Positions 43,707-55,833 of a stretch of DNA of 64,000 nucleotides are shown in pieces (positions within the stretch are counted from its first letter, which is position 1; each line of letters begins with the position of its first letter). A program made the position numbers and the translations under genes. The notes below the pieces were generated by a model, which was not told the origin of the DNA, did not search any database, and saw only the letters and a program-made list of their open reading frames with translations. The stretch spans positions 63,929 through 127,928 of the forward strand of contig RQSC01000021.1 in NCBI GenBank assembly GCA_013416795.1. Direction: 5' to 3'. The DNA comes from Prasinococcaceae sp. CCMP 1430. Lineage: Eukaryota > Plantae > Prasinodermophyta.

Positions 43707-45134
43707 TCACTGGCATATGCGCCGCGCCGCTTCCATTCCTCGAGCTCCGAGATGGCTTCCCATCCGCGGTTGGCGTGCGAGAGCAGCAGGCCATTGTCGC
43801 GGGCTACCGCCTGCGCCGCGCGCGCACCGAGCGTGGCATCGACGATGGACCAGCAGCGCGATCGCGGGAGGGAGCGCCGTCAGTGTCACACCTCGCTCCT
43901 TCACAGCCTTGCACACACGCTGATCTCGCCATCGCGCACGTACCGCGTCGTCGTATGCGACCATTCTGAGGCGCTCGGAGGCGCTGATTGCGCGGTTGAG
44001 CGCCTCCTGCTGGTACTCGGTTGTGAGCGCCGCGCCCTCGGGCGCCGGGCCAATGAGGGGCAGCATGGGCCGTGCGTGGTCGCTCTTCTGCTTGACCTGC
44101 GTCGCCAGGCCGAAGTAGCGGTCGCGAAGGGCTATGAGGACCGCCGCCAGGAGCCAGCGCTGCTCGACCGCGAGCGGCCGGTCATCGTCAGCACCCATGC
44201 CAGCCTCCGCGTCTGCGTCTTCGCTCGCATCTGCATCGCTGCTCGGCCCGACTTCACCCTCCACCTCGTCGCCGCTGTCCCCGCCACGGTAGTGCTCCTC
44301 AAGCTGGGCCTCGCCGAGCCTCACGCCGCCATTGGCGTTCGTGAACCACACCTCCTCCTCGCCCCATTCGCCCGCGAAAGGCGCCATGAACGCCTCCAGG
44401 TCACCCAGCATCAACACCTCGCCCTCGTACGCGTCGAGCACAAATGCGGGCGCGTCCGCACACCACACCAGCCAGTACGACAGCGAGCCGTCTGCAAGAG
44501 GGGCGGCGGAGAGGCGCAGCGACTCCCACTCAGGACGGCGCGATGCGACGTCATCCGCGACAGCCACAAGCAGCAGCGCCACGGCCGCCGAGGTGCCCAC
44601 ACCCCGCTCCAGCAGCGAGTGGAGCGTGAGCGTCTGCCACGACTCGCCCGCGTCCGAACCCTGAGAGTGAATGTCAAGGCGTAGCGCCTCGCGAACGATA
44701 GAGCTGAGCGCGCGCAGCCACTGCAGCGCCCCCGGGGCCCTGTCGCCCCTGTCGTTCACAGCGCCGCCCTCTACGCCTGCGGCGGGAGCGCACATCGCGT
44801 CCGCTGCGGCTGCGGCCGCCGTGCACAGGTTGGCGAACGTCTGGGCGTCCTCGCCCATCGTCTTGCCCAGCTGCGTGAACACGAGTTCCTCCGCGTCGAT
44901 AGCACCGGCCAGCTTGACGAGCGGTATGCTCCCAGGGGTGTCGCTCCCGTTCGCGCCCATCTTGGCCTCGCGCCACAGCACCTCAAACTCGTGCCTGGCC
45001 TGCAGCCGCGGGTCAACTGCACAGCGCGCCACGCCGCGTCGCATGCACCTCCGCCGCCATGTCCGTGCCCGCGCCCCGCGGCCATGCGCCACCGCGCCGG
45101 GCCGACCGCCGAGCGCGGCAGCCCGCGGCACCAT
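43707..45134 (-). CDS. Transglutaminase-like SirB1/FBXO21-type (Transglut_core2) protein with a transit-peptide-like leader
   Basis: ATG at 45134 (R/A-rich leader). LTLHSLLERGVGTSAAVALLLVAVA...YWLVW...FVLDAYEGEVL...LLAAVLIALRDRY parallels the SirB1 pattern L..VL.RR.G.PISL...H.LV...IDPF..G..L...IL.R.L.NL. Diverged. Confidence 0.5.
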   Translation of the reverse strand: MVPRAAALGGRPGAVAHGRGARARTWRRRCMRRGVARCAVDPRLQARHEFEVLWREAKMGANGSDTPGSIPLVKLAGAIDAEELVFTQLGKTMGEDAQTFANLCTAAAAAADAMCAPAAGVEGGAVNDRGDRAPGALQWLRALSSIVREALRLDIHSQGSDAGESWQTLTLHSLLERGVGTSAAVALLLVAVADDVASRRPEWESLRLSAAPLADGSLSYWLVWCADAPAFVLDAYEGEVLMLGDLEAFMAPFAGEWGEEEVWFTNANGGVRLGEAQLEEHYRGGDSGDEVEGEVGPSSDADASEDADAEAGMGADDDRPLAVEQRWLLAAVLIALRDRYFGLATQVKQKSDHARPMLPLIGPAPEGAALTTEYQQEALNRAISASERLRMVAYDDAVRARWRDQRVCKAVKERGVTLTALPPAIALLVHRRCHARCARGAGGSPRQWPAALARQPRMGSHLGARGMEAARRICQ

Positions 45135-45427
45135 GCCGCACAGCGCGCGCGCCGCAATCGCGACCTGTGCCACCCTTGGGGCGGCGGACGATCACTTGCG
45201 CTCCGCTCGTTTGCGATGCGTGGCGCTCCGAGAGCTGGTTTGCCGCGCGGCGGGCCACACCGCGCGCTCGCACGCCCCCGGTGTGGCCAAGCTGCCGGAA
45301 GACGGCGCGTCGTAGCGGCGGCCCTAGTGATAGCGTGGTGGCTACGCGGCGTGACGCGTGCGTGGGCCGCGGAGCATTGGCGACGTCGGCTGCGCTGGAT
45401 CGAGGTAGCGGCGGCGAGGTGTCCACG

Positions 45428-47077
45428 ATGGCATCCGAGATGGCGTCAGCGCTCGGTCTGCTGCTGGGCCGCCCGTCGAGCGGCGTGGTGGACTTCCTGT
45501 CTGCCGGCGGCGCGTGGGAGCGCGCGCCTGTGCTCTGTCGCGCGACCCCTGAGCGGCGCGAGCTCGCGCAGGCCACACCGACGGCGGAGCGCTATGCGGA
45601 GCTGCTGGAGGAGCTGGGCGGGTTGCACGGCACGGATGTGCAGGCGTCGCGGTTCGACGCGGCCGCCGGCGAGAGAGAAACCCTCGCGGTGGATGAAGCG
45701 ACCGCTGAGGCACCCGTCAAGCGCAAGCGAATGTTGCACCTGCTGCGGAAGGATGGCGCGACGCTGCAGGTGCACCAGCCGCAGCGCTTCGTGGACTCGC
45801 TGTGGGCGCTCGCAGCTGGCATGGAGGCCGAGCTGGGCTCGCTCTGCGGTGCCAACGCCTACCTCACGCCGGCTGGCTCGCAGGGTCTTGCGCCGCACTA
45901 CGATGACGTGGAGGTGTTCGTCCTTCACGCCCATGGCCGCAAGCGCTGGCGCGTGTATGCGCCGCTCGCCGCGGAGGGCCGCGAGCTACCGCGGGAGTGT
46001 TCTGGTGACTTGCCCCGCGAGGTGCTCGGCAAGCCCGAGCTGGATGTGACCCTGGAGCCCGGTGACATGCTATACCTGCCGCGGGGTACGCCGCACGAGG
46101 CAATGGCCCAAGGTGAGGGCGATGAAACCACCAGCGTGCACGTGACGCTCAGCGCTTACCAGAAGTGGACTGTTGGTGACCTGTGCACAGCTGTGTGCTC
46201 GGCAGCGGGCGAGCAGCCCGCAGGAAGCGCGGCAGCGCCGGCGCTTGGCGCTCGGCGCGGCCTGCCCGCCCGTATGGCGCTCAGCCGCGCTGCGCGCGGT
46301 AGCGCGGCCCCGCTCGTTGCCGCCGAGCTGAGGCGCCTCGCCAACGAGCTCGACAAGATGGGTGCGGACAGTGCGGCGCTCTGCGCGGGTATTGACCTGA
46401 TGGCCGCCGACTTCATGGCGTCGCGTCTGCCGCCACTTCCCGTGGACACGCTGCCGAGCGCACTCGCGCTGCCTCGAGCGCGTCCGGTCCCAAACACGAT
46501 GCCGGACGAGGGCAGTTGCGTGCGCGTGGCGTCTCCCGGATGTGTGCGGGTCGAGGGCATTGGCATGGGTGGCGACAGCGTGCGTGTGGTAAGCTGCCTT
46601 GCTAACGAGCGTGAGGCGCACATGATGCCGCCAGAGGACAGCGATAGCGATGACGACAGCGATGGCGATGGTATGGATACTGGCAAGAGGCCTGGCTTCC
46701 TGAGCGGGGTACGCGAAGCGTACGAGAGAATCTTCGCCGCTCGTGGCGCTGGCGCGAGAAGCAGGAGAGTCGGGAGTGTCGATGTCAGCGAAGACTCGGA
46801 CGACGGTCCAGATGGGCAGGGCGACGAGGAGGAGAATGGTGCGTGGCTTCCTGCTGAGTATGCCACAGCAGTCGAGGAGCTGCTGGAGGCTGGCATGGAG
46901 GGCGTCAAGGTGAACGAGCTCAAGCTACCACGACTGGACGAGCGGGTGGCGCTCGCGCGAGCTTTGTGGTCGGTGGGCTTGCTGGTCACCGTCGACGGGG
47001 TGGGTGGTGGTCAAGGCAAGCGCAAGCAGAAGACATCGCATCGCGACCAGCATCGGGACAAAAGAGCTCGCGAATAG
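45428..47077 (+). CDS. RIOX1: JmjC ribosomal oxygenase NO66/MINA family (Cupin_4)
   Basis: ATG at 45428. GATLQVHQPQ, GANAYLTPAGSQGLAPHYDDVEVFVL...GRKRWRVY, LEPGDMLYLPRGTPHEA (HxD...H), SVHVTLS. Confidence 0.88.
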   Translation: MASEMASALGLLLGRPSSGVVDFLSAGGAWERAPVLCRATPERRELAQATPTAERYAELLEELGGLHGTDVQASRFDAAAGERETLAVDEATAEAPVKRKRMLHLLRKDGATLQVHQPQRFVDSLWALAAGMEAELGSLCGANAYLTPAGSQGLAPHYDDVEVFVLHAHGRKRWRVYAPLAAEGRELPRECSGDLPREVLGKPELDVTLEPGDMLYLPRGTPHEAMAQGEGDETTSVHVTLSAYQKWTVGDLCTAVCSAAGEQPAGSAAAPALGARRGLPARMALSRAARGSAAPLVAAELRRLANELDKMGADSAALCAGIDLMAADFMASRLPPLPVDTLPSALALPRARPVPNTMPDEGSCVRVASPGCVRVEGIGMGGDSVRVVSCLANEREAHMMPPEDSDSDDDSDGDGMDTGKRPGFLSGVREAYERIFAARGAGARSRRVGSVDVSEDSDDGPDGQGDEEENGAWLPAEYATAVEELLEAGMEGVKVNELKLPRLDERVALARALWSVGLLVTVDGVGGGQGKRKQKTSHRDQHRDKRARE

Positions 47078-47220
47078 GCCAGGTAGAGACTAGTAGACGC
47101 ATTCGTGCGGCATGACTTTGGATGTATGTGCGAGCACTCAGTGTGTGTTGCGTGCCATTACCGACTGCGCCTGCCACTTTCATTGCGCCCTCGGGTCAAG
47201 AGCATGATGTTGCCTCGTTG

Positions 47221-48537
47221 TCACTGCGCTTCGCACGCGCACAGGCGCATGAGGTGCTTGTCACTTGCCCAGCACGTCGAGGCTGCCCTCGGCGCCGGCG
47301 CTCCTCCGGCCTCGTGTACTCGTGGCGGACTGGTGGCGTTTCTCATGGCTGGCTTGATCACGGCACACGCACCTGGCTTCCAATGAGTACCACGGACTTC
47401 GAATTCCACCATCGCGGGCGTTGCAGAAGCGTTCACATGCTGCTTGGACGCTTCGCCGCCACGCACCGTAGTGTCCAGAAACGTACCATCGATGTCGTCG
47501 TAGCACCCAGCCGAGCAGCCGAAGAACGCCATTGCTGCCGCACAGGATGAGGCGTTGCCAAGTGCTCGTTCGACGCACGCGCCTCGGCCAGCTTCAGAGC
47601 ACGCCTCGTCGCAGCTAGCTCCCGCCCTCCCCTGCACTAGCGCGGTGGCAGCAGCCGCCGCGCTACCGCGCGCGTGTGGCTGGGAGAGCGCAGGCGCCGA
47701 GCCCGGCGTCTCGTTGTATGCGTCTCTTTCCGGGGGGGGCATGTTCGTGCCGTCGAGGGTGTGCGTCTCTTGGGGCGAGTCAACCTCGCCAAAACAGAAT
47801 CGCATGCGCGAGCGGAACTCATTGCTCCTGCCCGTGTTCGAGCGGCCATTTGTGCGACATCTCTGAAGACAGTAGTCCCACGCGGTGAGCTCGAAGGGTG
47901 GCTCGCGGCACGGCTTTCTGGAATCCCGCCGACCGTCTGCGGCGAGCGCACACAGGTCCTCTTCTCGCGCTCGACGCTTTGTCGAGGGATGTTTCGCGCG
48001 CAGCCACGCCTCCCATTCTTGTTCGTGCCCAGTGCTCGCGAGAGCTGTGAGCACGCGCGTGGCGCTGCTTGCGCTCGCTCCCGATGATAGTGGGCCTTCT
48101 TGCAGCTCGTCGTGTGCCCAATTCACGCAGGCAGCCACGCACCAAGGGAACTCGGCGCAGCACTTCGCATGCGCATCGCACTCGTCGCCGGCACCGTCGT
48201 GGCGCGTGCGCGCGGCCGACGGGCTGGCATGAGAGCAGCACCCGCTGGAGCTTTCCCAGTCAGCGTGCGAGCACGTGTATCCGTCGCTGTCCGCCACGGT
48301 GTGCGGGTGCTCAACGGCAGCCTGACAGATGGCGTTTGGGCTACCCCTCAGACGCGTGGGGGCCGGGTCAGCCGCGGCACCTCTGCCGAGGCTGGCGCCG
48401 CCCACCACGCGTACGCCCGGGAAGCGGTGCTCTCCCAACGCCCCTTCGCCGACGCGAGCGGCAGGCGCAGCGGCGGCGCGCCTGACAAGCAGCGCCCACA
48501 CCACGGTGAAAAGGAGCGGCACGTGCCGGTATCGCAT
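47221..48537 (-). CDS. SPRING1/C12orf49-like (SREBP-regulating, UPF0454) type II membrane protein with an extra Cys-rich C-terminal domain
   Basis: N-terminal hydrophobic anchor. C...ADSDGYTC...SGCC...C...CCAEFPWCVAAC...WDYCLQRCRT...N.FR....CFG follows the SPRING cysteine pattern. C-terminal GRAGASCDEAC...C...SCAAAMAFFGC domain. Confidence 0.72.
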   Translation of the reverse strand: MRYRHVPLLFTVVWALLVRRAAAAPAARVGEGALGEHRFPGVRVVGGASLGRGAAADPAPTRLRGSPNAICQAAVEHPHTVADSDGYTCSHADWESSSGCCSHASPSAARTRHDGAGDECDAHAKCCAEFPWCVAACVNWAHDELQEGPLSSGASASSATRVLTALASTGHEQEWEAWLRAKHPSTKRRAREEDLCALAADGRRDSRKPCREPPFELTAWDYCLQRCRTNGRSNTGRSNEFRSRMRFCFGEVDSPQETHTLDGTNMPPPERDAYNETPGSAPALSQPHARGSAAAAATALVQGRAGASCDEACSEAGRGACVERALGNASSCAAAMAFFGCSAGCYDDIDGTFLDTTVRGGEASKQHVNASATPAMVEFEVRGTHWKPGACAVIKPAMRNATSPPRVHEAGGAPAPRAASTCWASDKHLMRLCACEAQ

Positions 48538-49587
48538 TTTTGTGCGGGGTCACGGGCGCAAAAAGCGACAGCCGCGCGCGCGGTGCTGCTACAAGCGGCG
48601 CGCGCCCGCCGCCCGAGCGGGCGCGCTGCCCTCCAGCCGCTGATGCCGCCCGCGCGGCACTCCCCTTGGTCGGCACGGGCGTCCCAGACACCGCGTCTTA
48701 CGCGGCGCGCCGCGTGCCCCTCTTCTCCCCGCCCCACCCTTCCCCATCCATGCGCCGCGGGCGCAGCGTGTGGCGCCGCTCTGCGCGCGACGTCGTTGTT
48801 GCGATTCCCGGCACGCGGCCGGGCCGATGGTGTGGAGGTCGGGAATTGGTATCAGGGTCCATATTGCGCGCACGCATTTCGACACGCGTGGCGCGGCGTC
48901 GCGCCGCCTCAGCTGGGCGGCGCGGGGACCGCGCCGGGGAACGCGCCGCCGCGCTCGCGCCGACGCCAGCCGGAGCGCAGAACGAACGCTGCCGGAGAGG
49001 GCGAATGAGGGCGGGCGGGGCGCGACGTGCGGGGGCGGGGGAGAGGGTGGGAACAGGGGAGAGTGGCTACGGACTGCGTTGGGTGTGAGGGCTGTGAACG
49101 GGGACGTGGCCGAGGCGTCGTGCGTGCGTGCAGTGGCGCGCGCGCGCGCGCGCTCGAACTCTTCCGGTGCTTTCTCGTTCGCGCGCGGCGCGCATGCGCT
49201 TTGATGGCGCGCGCGCGCGGGCGCTCTCTCGCGCCGCGCGTCGCGTTTGCTCTCTCGCGGCGCTCGCGTCTCTTCTCGCGGCCCCCATCAGACCGCATGC
49301 GCGCCGCGCGGCGCGTTTTCCAATTTCGAAAATCGATCGTCGGACCGACCGATTCGGTCCGATTTCGAGCGCGGCTGCGGCGAGGACCGAGGCGCGCCGC
49401 AGTCCCCCCCAGTCGCCGCAGCGGGGCGCGCGTGCTCGCCCGCGGTGGCGCTCTGGGGCGCGAACAGGATGTTGCCCGGACCAGAGCAGCGCGCACGCGC
49501 CGCACGCGCCGCGCAGGCGGGCGCCGTGGACGTAGGCGGATGGCACAACGAACCTGCACACTTACGACTCAAAATCTTGCAGGAGCC

Positions 49588-52500
49588 TCAGGCGACGTCG
49601 GCGGGCATACCCTTCTTGGCCTTGCTCTCGGCGTCCTCATCGTCCTCCTCGCCCTCGTACGCGGGGGGGCCGATCCAAGTGAGGAGGATCGGCAGGAGCA
49701 CGAGGGCGTTGACCATGCAGACCACGATTATCATGGTGAACTGAATGAAGAAGTACAGCACGAAGTAGTCAAAGTACGAGAAGGCGATCGCCACGATCGC
49801 CAGGAAGTCGGTCACCGCGCCGCACAGGACGGGATTGCCCACCTCCCCGAGCGCCGCCACCACGCGCGTCACGCGGTCGCCCTTGGCGAGCATGAACGCG
49901 CGCGCGATGTGCGCGTGGAACTCGACAGCGATGCCGATGGCCGAAATGAGGTTGACGAGCACCACCGAGTTGAGCTTCATGCCGAAGTAGGGCAGCAGAC
50001 CGTACAGCTCAATCTCGACGAGCACCAGGAGGGACACCACGATCAGCGCCGCACCCGGATGCACAATGAGCGGAAGCATCACCACGAAGCCCGCCAGCAC
50101 GCTCATGGCGATGCCGAAGATCGCGTTGTCGTCAATGTGCAGGTACTGCTCATTGAGCGCATACAGCGTCCAGTCGAAGGGGTAGGCGTTGGCCGTGTCC
50201 CTCATCTGTTGGGCGTTGAAGTCTTGCTCCTCCATCACCCCACGCGCGCTGTTGATGTGGTCCACGCGCTTGGCCACCGTGTTCACGTCATTCGCGAACG
50301 TCAGGATGCGTGCGTTCGTCACCTTGCCAAAGGTGGTGCGGTTGGTTCCCTCGAACTCGGTGTGGGTGATCGCGCGCGAGATACGCCCCTTGATGTCGGT
50401 GTGCAGGAAGTGATCGAACAGCGACTCGGACGCACCGCCGACGGGCTCGTGCCACTGGAGCGGCAGAGGCCTCCACGGGCAATGGCAGGTGGGGACCATG
50501 TTGCCCGAGGGGTTGATCGGTTCCGAGTACTCGCACTGCTCGTCGGGATTCGGGCTCAGGCTCTTGCGCGCAAAGTTGCCCTCGCAGAATTCCTGGCATG
50601 ACTCCACCCGGCCGAGCTCCTCGCTGCCGTCCGCGCCGCGCCGCGCGGCCGTCATGGGGAACTCCTTGCCCGCGCACTCGTTGCGGTGCTCGAGCCACCG
50701 GTCCTTGTAGTAATACACCTCGTCAAAGCAGATCTCATCATTCTCGATCTTGCCTTCGACGTAGTCGGTGAAGTAGCGCAGGAAGTTGGTACACTCGTAG
50801 TCTGTGTCCATGTAGAGCGTGTCCTGGACGAAGTTGTAGTCCATGTCGCGCAAGGCGACCGAGGTGGCCCTCTCGTCCAAAGTGCCCACGTCGCGCACCA
50901 CCAACCACACGGTGCTGCTGGTGAAGTACTCCTCCGCGTTCACAGCGTAGTCGTGCAGCTTCTTGTCCTTGGGTACTGCGTCCGACAGGCTCAGACCCTT
51001 CTCGACGTCGAAGAGGCCGGCGATGCACACCGCCATCAGAGCCAGGTACACGAGCAGCACGCCAACCTTGACGAGCTCGTTGCGCAGCATGGATTCGAGC
51101 AACGACAGGCGGGTGGCGCCCGCCGTGTCTTTGGCGGCGGCCGCCGCCTCCTCTGCCTCCTTGTGCTTGCGCGCCTGCTCCTCGTCAGCAACCTGCTGGA
51201 TGGCCTCCTGCTTGTTCTTGAGGCCCGCGTAGAGCAGAAATGGGAAGAGCGTAATCGCCACCACCCAGTTCGTCAAGATGACGAAGGCCACCTGCACGGC
51301 ATAGTCCGACACGGCGGGCACGGGGATGAGCGCGCCCAGGAAGAACGCAAACATGTTCGTGAGCGAGCTCAGCGTGATTGACGTGCCACCGATGCGCATG
51401 GCTTCGGCGGTCACCTCGACAGGTGTGCGCGCGGGACTCGCGCGCGCGGCGGCCGCGGTCTGAAAGCTCGCCGCGGCGATGTAAAAGTCATTGATGCCCA
51501 GACCCACGCCAAGGAACGGCACAACCTGCAGCGTGAGTGCGTTGTACTTGACGGGCGTGCCCTGCGAGAGCAGCGCCGAGATGCCCAGCGAAGCGAAGAC
51601 AAACACGATAATGGACAGGATCGCCCCTAGCACCACCCACCACGACGGACCGAGCTTGCTCGCGCGGAAGCTGCCGTCGGGCCCGCGCTCCACTGCGTAA
51701 TAGCCGATCGAAAAGAGCGTCACAAGGACGTAGCCCACAATGAGCAGGGGAATCTGCGCCACAGTCGCGTCCGCGATGGTGTCCTCCACCGAGGAGCCTG
51801 CCAAGTAGGTGGGCTTGATGACCTTGAAGCGGCGCTCCTGCTCATCAAGCTCCGCGTCCTCATCAAACAAGTTCTCAATTTCCTTGAGCCAGTTGCGCTC
51901 CCAGCCCTTGATTAGCTCGAGTGCGTCTTCCTCGGTGGCAATGTCAACCACGCGCAGGTTGGGCCGCGTGTAGGTCTTGTCTGCAAAGCACTTGCCGTTG
52001 TAGTTGAGGTGGCACACCGCGCCGCAGCCGCACTTGCCTTCAGGGGCCCAGGGCGCGTCAGGCTGGGAATCATATCCGCATGCCTCGGGTTCGATGTTCG
52101 CAACCACGCCGTCGGGCAAGTCGTACGCGTACTCGACCGCAGGCTTGTCGAAGCCCTGCGCCTCCGCGGCAGCCTCGGCAGCCTCGGCGATCTTCGTCGG
52201 CTGCACGTTCTGGACGCTTGCGACGCCGTCTTCGTCGAAGGTGGCGATCACCACGTCCATGCCTAGCTGAATGGAGCTTTCGCCCACCGCGGAGGCGGTC
52301 ACACCTTCGCCTAAGCTTCTGGTGGCAGCGACGGTGGCCAGCGCCTCGACGTTGGCCGTGTCCGCGAGCGTCGGGACCGTGTCGGCGGACTCCAGAGGCA
52401 GCGCCACAGCGATTTCCACGTTGATGCCGGCGTCGTCCTCTCGCAGGGAACGGCGGCTGCCCTCGCCGTCGTTGGCGAATTTGGCCTCCACTTCTGAAGG

Positions 52501-54739
52501 GCGCAGACCGGCCTCGCGGGCGTACGAGGCGGCGAGATCGGTCAGGTTTATTAGCTCCTGATCGATGTTGTGCAGAACGATCTCGGTCGTGGTGATGACG
52601 GTGGTGGTCACCGAGATATCCAGGTTGCCACCAGAGCCGCCGCCCTCTACTACCTCGAGCGTGATACGCTCCGCCATGTCCTCCGCTAGCTGAGCCAGCC
52701 GCGCCTCGTTGGCGAGCGCATCCAGGTCTAGCGGCACCAACACCGCCGCTGCCGCGTACGCCACCGGCGTGGCGGTTCCGTTGCCGTACGCCGTACCGTT
52801 GGTAGCGTTGGACGCGTTGCCAAAGTTCATGGGGCCCTCAACCAGCTCGCGTCCGCGCGCGGCGCTGTTGAGGACGTTGCTGCGCACCTCCTCGTGGTAG
52901 AACGCCCAGAAGTCTTCGTCTGAGGCAGTGTCGGCGCCTGGCATGCGCGTGAGCCTCTGGTTGATCACCTCCTTACGCATCTCGCCCCAGAACGATTGTG
53001 CTTCTTCCTCTCCGAGCGCCACGCCCATGGCCTCGCGCAGGGTCATGCCAGCGTCTGCCATCGCCGCCATGACCGCCGCTGCCGACTGGGGTGTCCCCGT
53101 CTGCACCAAAGCGCGCAGCTCCTCGCGCGCGAGCGACGCGGCCTCGGGGTCGACGGAACCCATCTCCGTGTCGGAGCCCACGCCCATCGTGGCAAGGAGC
53201 GAGCGGTGGCGCTCCCCGCCGCCGTCTCCGCCGTTGCACCTGCCGCCGAGGTTAGGCACTGGCAGCCCGCACTGCCTGTTTACGAAGCTGCCGTACGTGA
53301 GCACGCTCGTCGAAAATTTGTACAGGTGCGGGGCGCACGGGTGCGCGCCCGTCTCTGCCATGTAGTCGCAGCAAGAGTCAAGCTGCGTCTCAACGCTGGC
53401 GTCGGGGATGCACTGCGAACCGAGCGCGCCGATCAGGACGGGGTGGAGTGCTTGGTCGCTCAGCACGCACTCAAAGCAATCGCACCCCTCAGAGAGGAAG
53501 GTCTCTTCAGGGGTGATGGGGCTGTCGCCCTCGGCGAAGTCCTCGATCCTCTTGAGCGCAGCACACTCGGGCGCGGGGCAGACCAGCACGTCCAGCTCTA
53601 CGCACGTCTCCGTCTCTTCCCATTCGGTGAAGCGCAGGCCCTTCTCGTGCAGCGCCATCTCGTCGTAGCTCGCCATCACGATGCGCAGTGCGTCGATGTC
53701 GTGAGCGGCGGGGTCGACGGCCTCGCTGGTGACCGGGTGCACCCTCGTGTCCTCCTTCTCCCAATCCCAGTCGATCACCTTGTCACCAACGCTCGGATCG
53801 TACTTCTCGTCGCCAGGCAGGTACCAGTCCACCCCGCCCGCAAAACTGCGCCACGGGTAGCCCAGCTGGAACCAGTACATGCAGTACTGATCGTGGTACG
53901 AGGCGGTGAAGTCCGTGCTCATCGTGAAGTTCGGATCCGCGAAGGTGGGGCGCTCGTTGTAGATGCGCCACACGTCGGTGTTGTTGTCGCCGCCGAGGAC
54001 CCCCACGTTGCCTTCCCTGAAGCAGTCGAGCATCGAGTTCACGAAGCACGGATGGGTGGGATCCGTGTCGACGATCTTGTAGCAAATGTTCTCCAGCGTG
54101 AATGTGGGGTACTGCTCTCCGGACGACGTCGGCTCCGGCGTGTACTCGAGACGCAGCAGCCAGTCGGTGAGGTCGCGCATCTCGACGAGAGCCTCCTTCG
54201 ACAGCATCGTGCAGTCCTCCGCGTCGTCTGCGCGGGGGCAGCGCGCGCGCCGGGGACGATGCGAGCGCGCAGCGCGACGCCGGGCACCGCGAGAGTGCCG
54301 AGCGCACCAACGCAAGCGCGGGAGCCAAGAGGGCAGTGTGTCAGCGCGCGCGGAAGGGGGACGCCGGAGGCGGCGCATCGGCCGCGCGCGTGCGCTCGCG
54401 CGTGCGCAGACCCGAGCCTCGGCCCGCGGCACTCGCTCGCGGCGCGCGGGCGCATGCGCGCCGCGCACCGGCACACGTGGCGATGATCGACTGCGCGCGC
54501 AAGCCCGACCACTCGTCCTCGTAGAAGTCCATCTCAGCCTCCAGCCTCGTGCCCTGCTCGACCCACAGCTCGAAGACGTCGGTCTCGGTGATGAAGCCGA
54601 TCCCAAAGCCGAGCGCGCCAATGGCGAGCAGCAGCGCGATCGTCGCTGACACGAGGAGCGCTCCATTGCGAGCGACGTACTTGCCCAGCGATCCGAAGTT
54701 GCGCTGAAGCGTGCGCTCGACCCCCCCTCCGAGCCCCAT
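49588..54739 (-). CDS. Patched/NPC1-like sterol-sensing-domain RND protein with a greatly expanded first luminal loop; 2 exons
   Basis: ATG at 54739 (MGLGGGVERTLQRNFGSLGKYVARN; ETDVFELWVEQGTRL..E). Intron ~54474-54228 (phase 1). SSD: LTLQVVPFLGVGLGINDFYI, GTSITLSSLTNMFAFFLGALIPVPAVSDY. Second half LNSVVLVNLISAIGIAVEFHAHI, GNPVLCGAVT, LLPILL. Confidence 0.9.
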
Positions 54740-54791
54740 GGCGGCGGGCCGCGCGCGCGCGCGCAAGCGCGAGCGCGCGCGCTCGCGCTTG

Positions 54792-55112
54792 NNNNNNNNN
54801 NNNNNNNNNNNNNNNNNNNNNNNNNNNNNNNNNNNNNNNNNNNNNNNNNNNNNNNNNNNNNNNNNNNNNNNNNNNNNNNNNNNNNNNNNNNNNNNNNNNN
54901 NNNNNNNNNNNNNNNNNNNNNNNNNNNNNNNNNNNNNNNNNNNNNNNNNNNNNNNNNNNNNNNNNNNNNNNNNNNNNNNNNNNNNNNNNNNNNNNNNNNN
55001 NNNNNNNNNNNNNNNNNNNNNNNNNNNNNNNNNNNNNNNNNNNNNNNNNNNNNNNNNNNNNNNNNNNNNNNNNNNNNNNNNNNNNNNNNNNNNNNNNNNN
55101 NNNNNNNNNNNN
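54792..55112. other. Assembly gap (321 N)
   Basis: N run upstream of the Patched-like start codon. Confidence 0.99.
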
Positions 55113-55833
55113 CCCCCCGGCGCGCGCGGTGCCGGTGCGCGTGTGCGGCTGTGAGCCCGCCGCTGCGCCCAGCGCCTCGCCACATCAGCGCGTCGACGCG
55201 CAAATCCGCGCCGTCCCCCCGCGCGCCCGCGCATGCGTTTCGACCCGTTTCGGGGGGACGCGCGAAAACGCCGAATCTGCGTTTCGCGCCGCGAGGGCCA
55301 ACAACCGCGCCACGGGAGAGCCGACGCGCACACGCGCGCGCGCCGCGGCGAATTTCGCGGGCGGCGCCGAATTGGCGCGCGGCCGGTGCGGCGAGCGCCG
55401 CGGCCGGTCCGATGGGCGATCCCACGGGAGGCGGGGAGCGGAATGGGAATGAGGGACGGATCCCCGATCCGATCCGCGCGTCCGGCGCGGCGACCGGCGG
55501 CGAGGCCGGGCGGTTGGGTGGCTGACGGGCCGCCTGGGACCGGCCGGGACCGCGGGCAAGCGGAAGGGCCAGCCGAAGGGGACCGAACGTGACGCCGAGG
55601 GGGGAAGGACACGGCGCTTGCGGGCTCGCTCGAAACTCGATCGATTCGATCGATCGATCGAGGACACCCAATCCCAGCCCGGCCCAGCCAGCGCGCCCAG
55701 GCACCTGCCCGGAGTTAGGGGACGGATTTGTATATTAGGGTTTTCATATTCAGGGTTTATCTCAAGCGACGCTCGAGGGGCGCCGGCTGCCGGCACGCGC
55801 CAGCGCGGGCGCCGCCGCGGCCAGAGCGCGAGC

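Noticed and set aside
49027-50601. Long antisense and alternate-frame ORFs (also 15515-17233, 22525-23751, 52996-54486, 61418-63430)
   Set aside because: They are shadows of real genes caused by strong GC3 bias and have no domain signatures.
55635-55662. (TCGA)n self-complementary run
   Set aside because: A short simple repeat with no supporting structure.
54740-55704. N-terminal extension of the 2038-aa ORF through the N gap
   Set aside because: It reads through Ns and an intron. The Patched-like N-terminus lies in another frame, starting at 54739.
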